A stretch of 64,000 nucleotides of DNA, taken from assembly GCA_945879015.1 (NCBI GenBank), contig CAMCUO010000001.1, forward strand, positions 42,659 through 106,658, in the 5' to 3' direction. Below the pieces are notes generated by a model. It was not told the origin of the DNA. It ran no database searches and saw nothing but the letters and a program-made list of their open reading frames with translations. Position numbers and translations under genes: made by a program. This document shows positions 19,958 to 30,125 of this stretch, piece by piece. How positions within the stretch are numbered: the stretch's first letter is position 1; each line of letters starts with the position of its first letter. Origin of the DNA: Chitinophaga pinensis (GTDB lineage Bacteria; Bacteroidota; Bacteroidia; 2-12-FULL-35-15).

Positions 19958-21580
19958 ATGTCAGGTGGAAAAGAAACCCCAAGGCAGAAGATGATTGGAA
20001 TGATGTACCTGGTGTTAACAGCACTTTTGGCACTAAACGTATCCAAAGAAATTCTGAACGCCTTTGTTATTATTGAGGAAGGTTTGAATACTACAAACGT
20101 GAATTTTGATAGTAAGAATGGAATATTATATTCCAAATTCGCAAAAGCAATGGCCGATAATCCAGCCAAAACTAAGCCTTGGAATGCAAAAGCTCAAGAT
20201 GCTAAAAAGAAATCAACAGAGCTTTGTGCTTTTATTGACGAAATCAAAAGCGAATTGTATGTGCGTATTCAAAAGCTTGAAAAAAGTCAGGCTGATACAT
20301 TTCAGTTAAAAAATCTTGATAGTAAGGATGAGAATAACATTCCGACCGAGATCATGATTGGTGGTGGAGCAGATCCTGAAAATCCAACAGGAAAAGCCAA
20401 AGACCTGAAGGAAAAAATCGAAGCATTCAAAAAAGAGATGACAGCATTGGTTCCTGCAAAAGAGCAGGCTAGCTTGAAACTTGGATTGAGTACAGAAAAT
20501 ATGTATTCTATCGGAGATGAGCAAGTGGTTTCTTGGGCAAGTAATATGTTTGCTCATCAACCAGCAGCGGCAGTTTTTAGTGTATTAGCGAAATTGAAGA
20601 ATGACATTAAAAATGCTGAAAGTGATGTCGTTTCTATTTTGTTAAAATCAATTACTGCTGATGACTTTTCTTTTGACCAAGTAGTCGCGAAAGTAGTTGC
20701 TCCAACAAGTTATATTATAGCGGGTGAAGAATATACTGCTGATATTTTTGTGGCGGCATACAGTTCAACTCAAGATCCTCAGGTATTGCTTGGTGCAGTT
20801 GATACAACCGATAAAAAAAATCCTAAAATAGTAGGTGCTGGAACTCCTGTTCCTGTTGCTAATGGTTTAGGAAAATTAACTGTTAAAACTGGTTCTGAAG
20901 GTTTACAAGAATATTCGGGTATCATAAATGTTAAAGCTCCAGATGGTAGCTTTAAAGGTTACCCTTTTAAAGGTGATTATATGGTGGCGCGTCCGTCAAT
21001 GGCTATTTCTCCTACAAAAATGAACGTATTCTACATCGGGGTTGAAAATCCGGTAGATATTTCCGTTGCCGGAGTTGCACCAACGGATGTTGTTGCTACA
21101 ATTAGTGGCGGAGGGGGAAGTATCATAAATAAAGGGCAAGGACATTACATTGTTAAAGTAACTTCTGGTAACGAATGCTCTGTGAACGTTTCTGCAAAAA
21201 ACACAAAGACTAACAGTAGCAAATCAATGGGTTCAATGAAGTTCCGTGTGAAAAAAGTGCCTAGTCCTCAAGCGTCTTATGCAGGTGTAGTAGGTGACGG
21301 AAAAGTTTCAAAAGGAGAATTATTGAATGCAGGCGGGATTATTCCAAAATTGGAAGATTTCGTTTTCGATTTAAAATTCCCTGTTATTTCTTGGAATATG
21401 TCTATTTTTATAAATGGTGCTTATGCTGATTATAGCGCACAAGGTCCAAGTGCAACAGGACAAATGAAGGAAATATTAAATAAGGTAAAAACTGGACAAA
21501 AAGTATTGATAGAAGAGGTAAAAGTACAAGCCCCTGATGGTGTCAGAAAGATAACAGGTTGCGTATTAAAAGTCAAATAG
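19958..21580 (+). CDS. gldM: Gliding motility / T9SS protein GldM
   Basis: The N-terminal transmembrane helix MIGMMYLVLTALLALNVSKEILNAF is followed by a periplasmic region of about 500 aa. Confidence 0.85.
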   Translation: MSGGKETPRQKMIGMMYLVLTALLALNVSKEILNAFVIIEEGLNTTNVNFDSKNGILYSKFAKAMADNPAKTKPWNAKAQDAKKKSTELCAFIDEIKSELYVRIQKLEKSQADTFQLKNLDSKDENNIPTEIMIGGGADPENPTGKAKDLKEKIEAFKKEMTALVPAKEQASLKLGLSTENMYSIGDEQVVSWASNMFAHQPAAAVFSVLAKLKNDIKNAESDVVSILLKSITADDFSFDQVVAKVVAPTSYIIAGEEYTADIFVAAYSSTQDPQVLLGAVDTTDKKNPKIVGAGTPVPVANGLGKLTVKTGSEGLQEYSGIINVKAPDGSFKGYPFKGDYMVARPSMAISPTKMNVFYIGVENPVDISVAGVAPTDVVATISGGGGSIINKGQGHYIVKVTSGNECSVNVSAKNTKTNSSKSMGSMKFRVKKVPSPQASYAGVVGDGKVSKGELLNAGGIIPKLEDFVFDLKFPVISWNMSIFINGAYADYSAQGPSATGQMKEILNKVKTGQKVLIEEVKVQAPDGVRKITGCVLKVK

Positions 21581-21599
21581 TAATTAAAAAAGGTCACTC

Positions 21600-22469
21600 A
21601 TGAAAAAATTGAAAATTCTTTTTTTAGTATTAATTGTTACTATAGTAACAGTTAATATCTCTGCTCAGGAGGTTATTGAGCCACCAAAATACCCTGATGG
21701 TGTTTATACAAAAGAAAACTCCCGCACTCGTAGAGCAATTCCATATCCGACACTTCGTGAAGCGGATGTAATGTGGAGTAAACGCGTTTGGCGAGTGATA
21801 GATTTACGTGAAAAAATGAACCATCCTTTGTATTATCCTGATGAAAAAATTTTTGATAGAAAAAGTTTATTTGATGTTATCAAAGATGCTGCAATGATTG
21901 ATGGGACAATAACTTGTTTTGACAATCCATTAACGGATGACGAATTTCGTTTTGATATGACTAAAACCGAAATTGAGAATCTTCTGGTTTCTTGGGATTC
22001 AACTAATACAGTTGAGGATGTAAACAACCCAGGTGTGCAGTTAGTAGCTCCGTTAAAAAAAGATATTACCACTGAGAAGGTTTGGAAATATTGGGTTAAA
22101 GAAGACTGGTTTTTTGATAAACAACGTTCTGTTTTAGATGTTCGAATAATAGGATTATGCCCCTTGGTTGAAAAATTGACTGAAGGTGGTGAAGCTACAG
22201 GTGGTGACAAAGCATTATTTTGGGTTTATTTTCCTGAGGCACGTCCTGTATTTGCTAATCAAGAAGTTTATATGAGACATAATGATGCAGAAAGAAGAAC
22301 GTTTGAAGATATTTTTTGGAAGCGTATGTTTTCAAGTTATGTTCGTAAAGAAAGTAACGTATACAACAGAGGTATTCTCGATTACAAAACAGGTTTAGAT
22401 GTGTTATTAGAATCTGAAAGAGTAAAACATGATATCTTTATCTGTGAACACGATTTATTCCACTTCTAG
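21600..22469 (+). CDS. gldN: Gliding motility / T9SS periplasmic protein GldN
   Basis: A signal peptide is present. The gene lies downstream of gldM and is paralogous to the next gene, with a shared ADVMWSKRVWRV..NPG..VEDVNNPG..DKQRSV core. Confidence 0.8.
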   Translation: MKKLKILFLVLIVTIVTVNISAQEVIEPPKYPDGVYTKENSRTRRAIPYPTLREADVMWSKRVWRVIDLREKMNHPLYYPDEKIFDRKSLFDVIKDAAMIDGTITCFDNPLTDDEFRFDMTKTEIENLLVSWDSTNTVEDVNNPGVQLVAPLKKDITTEKVWKYWVKEDWFFDKQRSVLDVRIIGLCPLVEKLTEGGEATGGDKALFWVYFPEARPVFANQEVYMRHNDAERRTFEDIFWKRMFSSYVRKESNVYNRGILDYKTGLDVLLESERVKHDIFICEHDLFHF

Positions 22470-22489
22470 ATATTAATAAATTATACAGA

Positions 22490-22528
22490 AATCCTGCTTC
22501 TATCAAACGAAGTAGGATTTTTTGTTTT
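22490..22528 (+). terminator. Hairpin plus T-run between gldN and gldO
   Basis: The stem aatcctgcttc/gaagtaggatt is followed by tttttt. Confidence 0.5.
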
Positions 22529-22586
22529 AAATACTTTGCAATAAACTAAAAGCGGCTTCCGTTCTAATACAGAAAAGGAGGTCACA

Positions 22587-23498
22587 ATGAAACATTCAAA
22601 GAATGTTTGTATTCAGAAAAAGACTTTTTCTGGATTCTTTTCAATTTCAATTTTATTTTTTGTTTTCACAATTACAGCGATAGAATCTTATTCGCAATGT
22701 AAACCAAAAGGTTCCATCAAAGATCCACCAACCATTCCATGTCCTGGTATAAGGGTTTCTAGACCTTTTCCAATGAGAGATGTTTATGTGAGAGAAGCAG
22801 ATGTGATGTGGAGTAAAAGGGTTTGGAGAGTACTTGATTTAAGAGAGAAGCTAAATTTGCCAATTTACTATCCAGAAGAACCTTCAGTTTGTTTGATGAG
22901 TTTATTCGATGTTTTAAAGTGTGCTTTATTGACGGGAAATTTGCAAGCCTATTCAAATCCTATTTTTGATGATGAATTTACAATGCCAATGACAAAATTG
23001 GAAGTGCAAAATTTACTTGTTTCATGGGATTCTACAAATCAAGTAGAAGATGTAAATAATCCAGGTCAATTTATTACTGTTCCATTAAAAAAAGAAATTA
23101 ATTCTGTGAATATCCGACAATATTGGATTAAAGAAGATTGGTATTTTGATAAACAACGTTCAGTTATGGAATCAAAAATCATTGGAATTTGTCCATTAGC
23201 AGAAAAAGTATCAGAAAGTGGTGAAATGATTGGTGTGAAGCCTCTCTTCTGGATCTATTTTCCAGATGCAAGACCTTATTTAGCTAAAGCAGCAGTATTT
23301 AATCGTCACAACGATGCTGAAAGAATGAGCTATGATGAATTGTTCGTTAAAAGAATGTTTTCTAGTTACGTTTACAAAGAGTCAAACGTATATAATCGTT
23401 CAATTATAGATTATAAAAAAGGATTGGATGTTTTGCTTGAATCAGAAGCAATAAAAGAAGAGATTTTTGTTTATGAAAGCGATTTGTGGCACTACTGA
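22587..23498 (+). CDS. gldO: GldN paralog (GldO-like)
   Basis: The alignment to GldN is clear over most of its length. The ATG is preceded by an unusually strong AGGAGG. Confidence 0.7.
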   Translation: MKHSKNVCIQKKTFSGFFSISILFFVFTITAIESYSQCKPKGSIKDPPTIPCPGIRVSRPFPMRDVYVREADVMWSKRVWRVLDLREKLNLPIYYPEEPSVCLMSLFDVLKCALLTGNLQAYSNPIFDDEFTMPMTKLEVQNLLVSWDSTNQVEDVNNPGQFITVPLKKEINSVNIRQYWIKEDWYFDKQRSVMESKIIGICPLAEKVSESGEMIGVKPLFWIYFPDARPYLAKAAVFNRHNDAERMSYDELFVKRMFSSYVYKESNVYNRSIIDYKKGLDVLLESEAIKEEIFVYESDLWHY

Positions 23499-24673
23499 TT
23501 TTCTTCTTCTAACTCGGATGTTAGTTGCTGAACAATTTTAAAATTGTTTAAAAATTCTTTTGCTATAATTCGAAGTATTGTATAAACGGGGACGGCTATA
23601 ACCATTCCGCCAATTCCTGTAAGCGTTCCAGCTATTAAGATTACTAAAAATATTTCTAAGGGATGTGCTTTTACAATATTAGAAATTACCAATGGCTGAA
23701 ATACCAAAGCGTCTATCAATTGAATCGCTATAAAGATAAATGCAATTTTATAAACTAGTGGTAATAGTTGTGTGTAAAATTCCAATTCTAAATTTGAAGT
23801 AACACCAATTAAAATTGCGAAAGCAGCAGCAATCAATGGACCAACATAGGGTATTACATTCATTAATCCGGCAAACATTCCTATCAATAAACAGTTTTTA
23901 ACTCCTAATAAACTAAGAGCAATTGTAGTAAGTGTAGCTACAAAAAGCATATCTAATAGTATTCCAATAAAATATTTAGTAAGCAATCTTTTTGTATCTC
24001 TCATTATTTCTTTAATCGCAGAAATATGTTTTGGTGGAGTTAAAAGTATAATCACATTATAAATTAAATGTTTGTCTTTTATAAAGAAAAAAGCCATAAA
24101 TAAAACAATAAATGTCCCGCTTATAATATCTGTAGTTAAACTCACAATGCCTTGAGCGTAAGATGAAACCTCTCGAAACCCTACAATATCAATAAGTTTG
24201 GAGGCCATAAATTTCTCAAGAGATTCTCCGTTTCCATATCTAATTTGAAATTTTTGAAGGTCGTAATTTAAATTTGCTAGTGGTTCTTTAAACGTTTCAA
24301 CTACATCATTTGGATTTATTTTGCTAATGATTCTGACTTCTTCTGCTACTAAAGGAATGAACATCGATACCAATAAACCTATAACAAGTGTTATGCTAAT
24401 CAAAGCAAATAAAGCAGAAACACCAACAGGAAAACGGAATTTTTTAATTTTGATTGAGGAGAATAACTTTACTAGTGGTTGACCAATCAAGGAAATTATA
24501 ACTGCAATACAAATATAAATCACTATGGTTTTTAAATACCAAGCTATCAAAACGATTGCCAAAATGGATAAAGCAATTAAGAAATATTTCGATTTGTTTT
24601 GCATCTGTAATCTATACAAATATAAAGCTATTATATTCACAAATAAAAACCAATCTATTGTATATTTGTTCAA
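23492..24673 (-). CDS. AI-2E family (PerM/UPF0118) transporter
   Basis: The product is a polytopic membrane protein with the characteristic C-terminal region. The start may instead be the internal ATG near 24604. Confidence 0.65.
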   Translation of the reverse strand: MNKYTIDWFLFVNIIALYLYRLQMQNKSKYFLIALSILAIVLIAWYLKTIVIYICIAVIISLIGQPLVKLFSSIKIKKFRFPVGVSALFALISITLVIGLLVSMFIPLVAEEVRIISKINPNDVVETFKEPLANLNYDLQKFQIRYGNGESLEKFMASKLIDIVGFREVSSYAQGIVSLTTDIISGTFIVLFMAFFFIKDKHLIYNVIILLTPPKHISAIKEIMRDTKRLLTKYFIGILLDMLFVATLTTIALSLLGVKNCLLIGMFAGLMNVIPYVGPLIAAAFAILIGVTSNLELEFYTQLLPLVYKIAFIFIAIQLIDALVFQPLVISNIVKAHPLEIFLVILIAGTLTGIGGMVIAVPVYTILRIIAKEFLNNFKIVQQLTSELEEENQ

Positions 24674-24684
24674 TTTTATAGCTT

Positions 24685-25695
24685 ATGGATTCGTTAACAC
24701 ACATTGTTTTAGGTGCCGCTATTGGAGAGGCAGTTTTAGGAAAAAAAATTGGCAGAAAAGCAATGCTTGTTGGTGCTTTGGCTGATACTATTCCCGATTT
24801 TGATGTTTTTGCCTCGCCCTGTTTTTCTGATGCTCAACAATTATTGATACATCGTGGAATAACACATTCTATCTTTTTTGTTGTGCTCATGTCTCCATTG
24901 TTAGGAGTGCTTTTCAGTAAAATATTTAGAAAAACAGAAGTTAGTTGGAAAAGTTGGTCGTGGTTATTTTTCTTAGGAATGTTTACTCATATTTTGATAG
25001 ATTCTTTTACAGCTTATGGTACTGGTTGGTTCGAGCCATTTAGTAGTTATAGAGTATCATTTAATACCATATTTGTTGCAGATCCTTTTTATACGATACC
25101 TTTTTTAATATGCATTTTAATTGCTTTGATTGCTAAAAATGGAAGTCCGAGAAGAGTAAAGTGGAATAAAATAGGTTTGTGGATTAGTACATTATATTTA
25201 GTGTTTACGTTTATTAATAAATGGCATGTTCACGGTGTGATGAAAACTTCTTTTGACGAAAAAAAATTGGCAGCAGATGATTTTATTACTAGTCCCACAC
25301 CCTTAAATAATTTTTTATGGATGGCTTATTCTCACGATAACCTGGGTTCTTGGATTGGATATTATTCTGTGTTTGATAAATCAAAAGATATTTCGTTTAA
25401 ACGGATAGAAAGAAATGATTCATTATTAATTCTACTAGCAGGAGATGAGAATTTGAAAATATTAAAACAATTTTCAAAAGGACATTATGCAATTACAAAA
25501 ACAGATTCTACAATTTATTTTAATGATTTAAGATTCGGACAAATAGGAGGATGGGACGATTCAGATTCTTCTTTTCCTTTGGCTTACCGTTTAAATAACA
25601 ATGCCGACAACTCAATGGTATTGGATAGGGGCAAGTTTAAAGTTTCTATATCTGAAGCTTTTTTATCGCTTGTAAAAAGAATAAAAGGAAAATGA
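24685..25695 (+). CDS. Membrane-bound metal-dependent hydrolase (YdjM-like) with a C-terminal extension
   Basis: MDSLTHIVLGAAIGEAVLGKKIG and the H/D-rich motifs of the YdjM family are present. Confidence 0.6.
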   Translation: MDSLTHIVLGAAIGEAVLGKKIGRKAMLVGALADTIPDFDVFASPCFSDAQQLLIHRGITHSIFFVVLMSPLLGVLFSKIFRKTEVSWKSWSWLFFLGMFTHILIDSFTAYGTGWFEPFSSYRVSFNTIFVADPFYTIPFLICILIALIAKNGSPRRVKWNKIGLWISTLYLVFTFINKWHVHGVMKTSFDEKKLAADDFITSPTPLNNFLWMAYSHDNLGSWIGYYSVFDKSKDISFKRIERNDSLLILLAGDENLKILKQFSKGHYAITKTDSTIYFNDLRFGQIGGWDDSDSSFPLAYRLNNNADNSMVLDRGKFKVSISEAFLSLVKRIKGK

Positions 25696-25699
25696 AAAA

Positions 25700-26080
25700 T
25701 TAATTCTTTTTAAACTCTTTGTATTTTACAAACATGTGAATCCAAATTATTCTAGAGAATCTGAAAAAAATAGGCAGAAGAGCAACTAGAAACACGCTTA
25801 GAGTAATGATAAATGGAACTGTGTCTAGCGAAAATACAACACAAAGTAAAAGAAATAAGCTAATACCAAACAAAACAGTTAAACCATAGCTTACATACGT
25901 TGCTCCATAATAATATCCTGGTTCTCTTCTGAAGTCTTCATTGCAAACAGGACATCTATCATTTAAAGCTCCGAATTTTTTTAAATCATAATGGTTACTT
26001 GTCACAAAAAAATTTCCTTCGTGGCAACTTGGGCATTTGTTGTTTAAAATACTGTATAGAGGAGATTTTTTGTTGAACAT
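25700..26080 (-). CDS. DUF983 family membrane protein
   Basis: A zinc-ribbon CPSCHEG...CPVCNEDF is followed by two transmembrane helices. Confidence 0.6.
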   Translation of the reverse strand: MFNKKSPLYSILNNKCPSCHEGNFFVTSNHYDLKKFGALNDRCPVCNEDFRREPGYYYGATYVSYGLTVLFGISLFLLLCVVFSLDTVPFIITLSVFLVALLPIFFRFSRIIWIHMFVKYKEFKKN

Positions 26081-26145
26081 AACTTTAAAGTTTATACCAC
26101 AAATGTACAGCTAAAAAGGACTAGCAGAATGGTACTATTTTACAC

Positions 26146-27021
26146 TTATGTGGTACTTATCTTTTTGCGAAATTGCTCAGGAGTTAGACCAGTCATTTTT
26201 TTAAAGAAACGAGAAAAGTATGAATTGTCTTTGTAGTTGAGTTTATCACTAATTTGACTAATAGTTAAGTCGGAATAAATCAAAAAACGTTTTGCTTCTA
26301 GAACAACTCGTTCGTGTATTAAGTCGTTAACAGATTTATTCAGTAATTGATTTGTTGTTGAGTTTAATTGTGATAATGAACTATTTAGATGTGAGGCATA
26401 ATATGAAATTGGTAAATGTTCTTTAAAATGTTGTTCAATCAAGGATTCTAATTTTGCTATTAATGATGAATGAGAAATTGTTTTTTTGTTTAACGAGTTA
26501 AAGTAAACATCAAACTTCAGCAATAATATGTCTAAATATGAACGGAGTATATTTTTCTGATTGCCTGTATCGCTTATGCTTTCATTAAGCATCGTTTTGA
26601 TGACATGCAGTATGTTCGATACCTCATTTTTGTTAAGCAACCCATGTCTGATTTTATTTTCCGGTCTGTAAAATGGTAAATCCAACATATTATTTCCTTT
26701 CAAATTCATTAAATAAAAAGAAGGATTAAAAAATAAAATGTACCCATCCGTATCATCACTTAATTTCCATGAATGAATTTCTGCTGGCGACATAAAAAAG
26801 ACACTTCCTGGTTGAATGGTATATTTTTCTGTATCAATTGTATGAATTCCAGTCCCTTTTGTAAAAGTCATCAATAAATAAAAATCGTGGCTGTGGGGTT
26901 TAATCACGAAGGGATGCTCTTTTTGGTGCTCTTGAAGGGTTTTAATATAAAAATCTGGCGGCGCATGTTTTGGCAGATTGAAGTTTTTAATGTTGAGTAC
27001 TGGAAGCTTCTTTGTGGGCAT
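26146..27021 (-). CDS. AraC family transcriptional regulator
   Basis: An N-terminal cupin-like domain is followed by a C-terminal double HTH, including YFSRFFKKMTGLTPEQFRK. Confidence 0.85.
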   Translation of the reverse strand: MPTKKLPVLNIKNFNLPKHAPPDFYIKTLQEHQKEHPFVIKPHSHDFYLLMTFTKGTGIHTIDTEKYTIQPGSVFFMSPAEIHSWKLSDDTDGYILFFNPSFYLMNLKGNNMLDLPFYRPENKIRHGLLNKNEVSNILHVIKTMLNESISDTGNQKNILRSYLDILLLKFDVYFNSLNKKTISHSSLIAKLESLIEQHFKEHLPISYYASHLNSSLSQLNSTTNQLLNKSVNDLIHERVVLEAKRFLIYSDLTISQISDKLNYKDNSYFSRFFKKMTGLTPEQFRKKISTT

Positions 27022-27099
27022 AAAATGCTTTTAATTAGCACTAAAATAGGCATTAGTTCCCTATTTTTAGTACCTTTGCACCCTTAATTTTTTAGAATA

Positions 27100-29031
27100 A
27101 TGATTTCAGTAAATTCAGTTACGGTTTCCTTTGGAGGTTACGATTTGTTTGATAATGTTAGTTTTTTGGTGAATCCAAAAGATAGAATTGGTCTTGCCGG
27201 TAAAAATGGAGCGGGAAAATCAACAATGTTGAAGCTTTTGTCTGGAGAGCAAAATCCAACAAAAGGAGAAATTTCAAAACCAAATGATTTTCGAATAGGT
27301 TATTTGCCTCAAGATATGATTCATCAGCATGGAAGAACTGTGTTTGAAGAAACGGCAACAGCTTTTGAAGAGATTCAAAAATTAGAAATACGTTTAGGTG
27401 TTGTTTCGCATGAATTGGAAACTAGAACAGATTACGAGAGTGATGCTTATATGAATTTAATTACCGAGCTAACGGATATCAATACTCGTATGGATATTAT
27501 TGGAGCAGGTAATAGAGAAGAGGAGATAGAAAAAATATTAAAAGGATTAGGATTTGAGAGAACAGATTTTAATCGTCAGACAGCGGAGTTTAGCGGTGGA
27601 TGGCGTATGCGAATTGAATTAGCGAAAATTCTTTTGAAAAAACCTGATATTCTTTTATTAGATGAACCTACCAATCATTTGGATATTGAGTCTATTCAAT
27701 GGCTGGAAGAAACGATGGAGACATTTGCTGGATCTGTAATGTTGATTAGTCACGATAGGCAATTTTTAGATAACGTTACTACTCGTACTATTGAAATATC
27801 AAATAATAAAATTTACGATTATAAAACAAACTATTCTCGCTATTTAATTTTGCGTCAGGAACGTAAAGAGCAACAGGAGAATGCTGCAAAAAATCAGCAA
27901 AAAGTAATTGATCAAACAGAAGCATTAATTGATAAGTATCGCGCAAAGGCAAGTAAAGCAGCATTTGCACAATCCTTAATTAAGAAATTAGATAGAATGG
28001 ATTTGGTTGAAGTTGATGAAAGTGATACTTCAACAATGGCTTTTCGTTTTCCTCCTCCAGCTCTTTCTGGTAAAATTGTAGTTACGGTTGAAGATGCAGG
28101 AAAAGTATACGGAACAAAACGTATTTTCAAAGGAGCCAATTTTATTTTAGCAAAAGGAGAAAAAATTGCTTTAGTAGGTCGAAATGGTGAAGGAAAGAGT
28201 ACTATGATGAAAATGATTGCCCAACAAGTGGATTTTGAAGGAACGGTTCAGTTAGGTCATAATGTAATGATGGGTTACTTTGCTCAAGATCAGGCGGAGC
28301 GATTAGATCCTAACAAAACAGTTTTTGAAACCATTGATGAACTTGCGGTTGGTGATGTGCGAAAACAAGTTCGTACAATGTTGGGTTCGTTTTTATTCGG
28401 TGGTGAAGACATTGATAAAAAAGTGAGAGTATTAAGTGGTGGTGAGCGCGGAAGATTAGCATTGTGTAAACTATTGCTTCAGCCTTATAATTTGTTGGTA
28501 TTAGATGAGCCTACCAATCACTTAGATATTAGAAGCAAAGAAGTTTTAAAAAAAGCGATTCTTGCTTATGAAGGAACAGCAATAATTGTTTCTCACGACA
28601 GAGATTTTTTAGCAGACCTTACCGAAAAAATGTATGAGTTCCGAAATGGTGAAGTAAAGGAGCATTTAGGTGGTATTGTTGAGTTTATGGAAAAGCTAAA
28701 GATGTATCGACTAACAGAGATGAATACAAAAAGTCCTTTCATAAAAGCAAAAGTTGAAGTAAAAGAGGAAAAGCCCAAAGTAGATACCCGTGTTGCTGAT
28801 GAACGTGCTAAAGAGTTGAAAGTAATTGCAAGTCAGATAGCAAAATCGGAAAAGGAAATAGAGCGTTTAGAAGCGGAAATCAAACTTTTTGATGACAAAC
28901 TTTCAGACTCTTCGCAATATCAAGCTGTAGTAAATGATAAAGAAGCCTTTGCTAAGTACGAAGAATTGAAAAAGCAATTGAATTCTGAAATGCTTAATTG
29001 GGAAGGCTTACAAGGGAAAATAGAAGGTTAA
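27100..29031 (+). CDS. ABC-F family ATPase (tandem ABC domains plus a C-terminal coiled coil)
   Basis: Two copies of Walker A (GKNGAGKST and GRNGEGKST) and the signature motifs LSGGWRMR and LSGGERGR are present. There is no transmembrane domain. Confidence 0.9.
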   Translation: MISVNSVTVSFGGYDLFDNVSFLVNPKDRIGLAGKNGAGKSTMLKLLSGEQNPTKGEISKPNDFRIGYLPQDMIHQHGRTVFEETATAFEEIQKLEIRLGVVSHELETRTDYESDAYMNLITELTDINTRMDIIGAGNREEEIEKILKGLGFERTDFNRQTAEFSGGWRMRIELAKILLKKPDILLLDEPTNHLDIESIQWLEETMETFAGSVMLISHDRQFLDNVTTRTIEISNNKIYDYKTNYSRYLILRQERKEQQENAAKNQQKVIDQTEALIDKYRAKASKAAFAQSLIKKLDRMDLVEVDESDTSTMAFRFPPPALSGKIVVTVEDAGKVYGTKRIFKGANFILAKGEKIALVGRNGEGKSTMMKMIAQQVDFEGTVQLGHNVMMGYFAQDQAERLDPNKTVFETIDELAVGDVRKQVRTMLGSFLFGGEDIDKKVRVLSGGERGRLALCKLLLQPYNLLVLDEPTNHLDIRSKEVLKKAILAYEGTAIIVSHDRDFLADLTEKMYEFRNGEVKEHLGGIVEFMEKLKMYRLTEMNTKSPFIKAKVEVKEEKPKVDTRVADERAKELKVIASQIAKSEKEIERLEAEIKLFDDKLSDSSQYQAVVNDKEAFAKYEELKKQLNSEMLNWEGLQGKIEG

Positions 29032-29084
29032 ATTCGAAGCTTTTAAAATAAATTTGTTTTGTACTTGAATTATTACATATATTT

Positions 29085-29159
29085 GCCAAAGAAATGGAAA
29101 CAATGTTATCTATACATCATCATCATACTTACTCAACAGGTAAGCAGGAGATGTATTGT
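29085..29159 (+). CDS. Putative his operon leader peptide (24 aa, METMLSIHHHHTYSTGKQEMYCVN)
   Basis: Four consecutive His codons lie at 29106-29117. The peptide is followed by a terminator hairpin and then hisG. Confidence 0.5.
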
Positions 29160-29187
29160 GTGAATTAACACAAGATAGCAATATCAT

Positions 29188-29216
29188 ATATCTAAAGGGC
29201 TTACCATTGTGGTAGG
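29188..29216 (+). terminator. His attenuator terminator
   Basis: The stem gggcttacc/ggtaggccc has one G-U pair and a loop of attgt, and is followed by tttttt. Confidence 0.6.
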
Positions 29217-29264
29217 CCCTTTTTTATTTCCCCAATTTTGAATTAATAAAAACATACAATAAAC

Positions 29265-30119
29265 ATGAAACTAAAAATAGCAATACAAAAGTCAGGACGA
29301 TTGAATGAAGATTCTCTCAAAATTTTAAAAGAAGCTGGAATAGAATTTAATAATGGAATCAATAAATTGAAGGCCGAAGCAGTAAATTTTCCCTTAGAGG
29401 TGTTTTTCCTTCGCGATGATGATATTCCTCAATATATTGAAGATGGTGTTGCGGATATTGGAATCGTTGGCGAAAATGTAGTTCTTGAGAAAAATAAAGA
29501 TGTAAAAATTGTAGATCGTTTAGGGTTTGGCAAATGTCGTTTGTCAATTGCTATACCTAAAAATCAAAAATACAAAGGCCTTTCTGATTTAGAAGGAAAA
29601 CGAATTGCCACAAGTTATTCTAAAGTTCTTTCGAAGTATTTAAAGAAAAACAAAATAAATGCTGAGATACACGAAATAAGCGGGTCGGTGGAAATTGCTC
29701 CAGGAATAGGCTTGGCGGATGCTATCTGCGATTTGGTTAGCTCCGGAAGTACTTTATTCACAAACGGACTGAAAGAAGTGGAAGTGATATTGAAATCGGA
29801 GGCGGTTTTGGTTGCGAATAATAATTTATCAAAAGAGCAACAAGTTATTTTAGATAAATTACTTTTCAGAATAAATGCAGTTAAAAAAGCAAAGAGCAAT
29901 AAATATATTTTGTTAAATGCACCGAATAAAAATTTAGATGCGATCTGTAAGATTTTACCAGGCATGAAAAGTCCTACCATCTTGCCTTTGGCAGATAAAG
30001 GTTGGAGCTCTGTTCATAGCGTAGTAAATGAAAACGAATTTTGGGACATCATCGAAAAATTGAAAGCAAATGGAGCAGAAGGGATTTTGGTGGTTCCGAT
30101 TGAAAAAATGATACTATAG
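29265..30119 (+). CDS. hisG: ATP phosphoribosyltransferase (long form)
   Basis: MKLKIAIQKSGRL... is present, and a C-terminal regulatory domain is included. Confidence 0.92.
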   Translation: MKLKIAIQKSGRLNEDSLKILKEAGIEFNNGINKLKAEAVNFPLEVFFLRDDDIPQYIEDGVADIGIVGENVVLEKNKDVKIVDRLGFGKCRLSIAIPKNQKYKGLSDLEGKRIATSYSKVLSKYLKKNKINAEIHEISGSVEIAPGIGLADAICDLVSSGSTLFTNGLKEVEVILKSEAVLVANNNLSKEQQVILDKLLFRINAVKKAKSNKYILLNAPNKNLDAICKILPGMKSPTILPLADKGWSSVHSVVNENEFWDIIEKLKANGAEGILVVPIEKMIL

Positions 30120-30125
30120 CCATCT

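Noticed and set aside
20106-20560. Small ORFs (20106-20309 plus strand, 20306-20560 minus strand) inside gldM
   Set aside because: They overlap a strongly supported gene in other frames and have no features.
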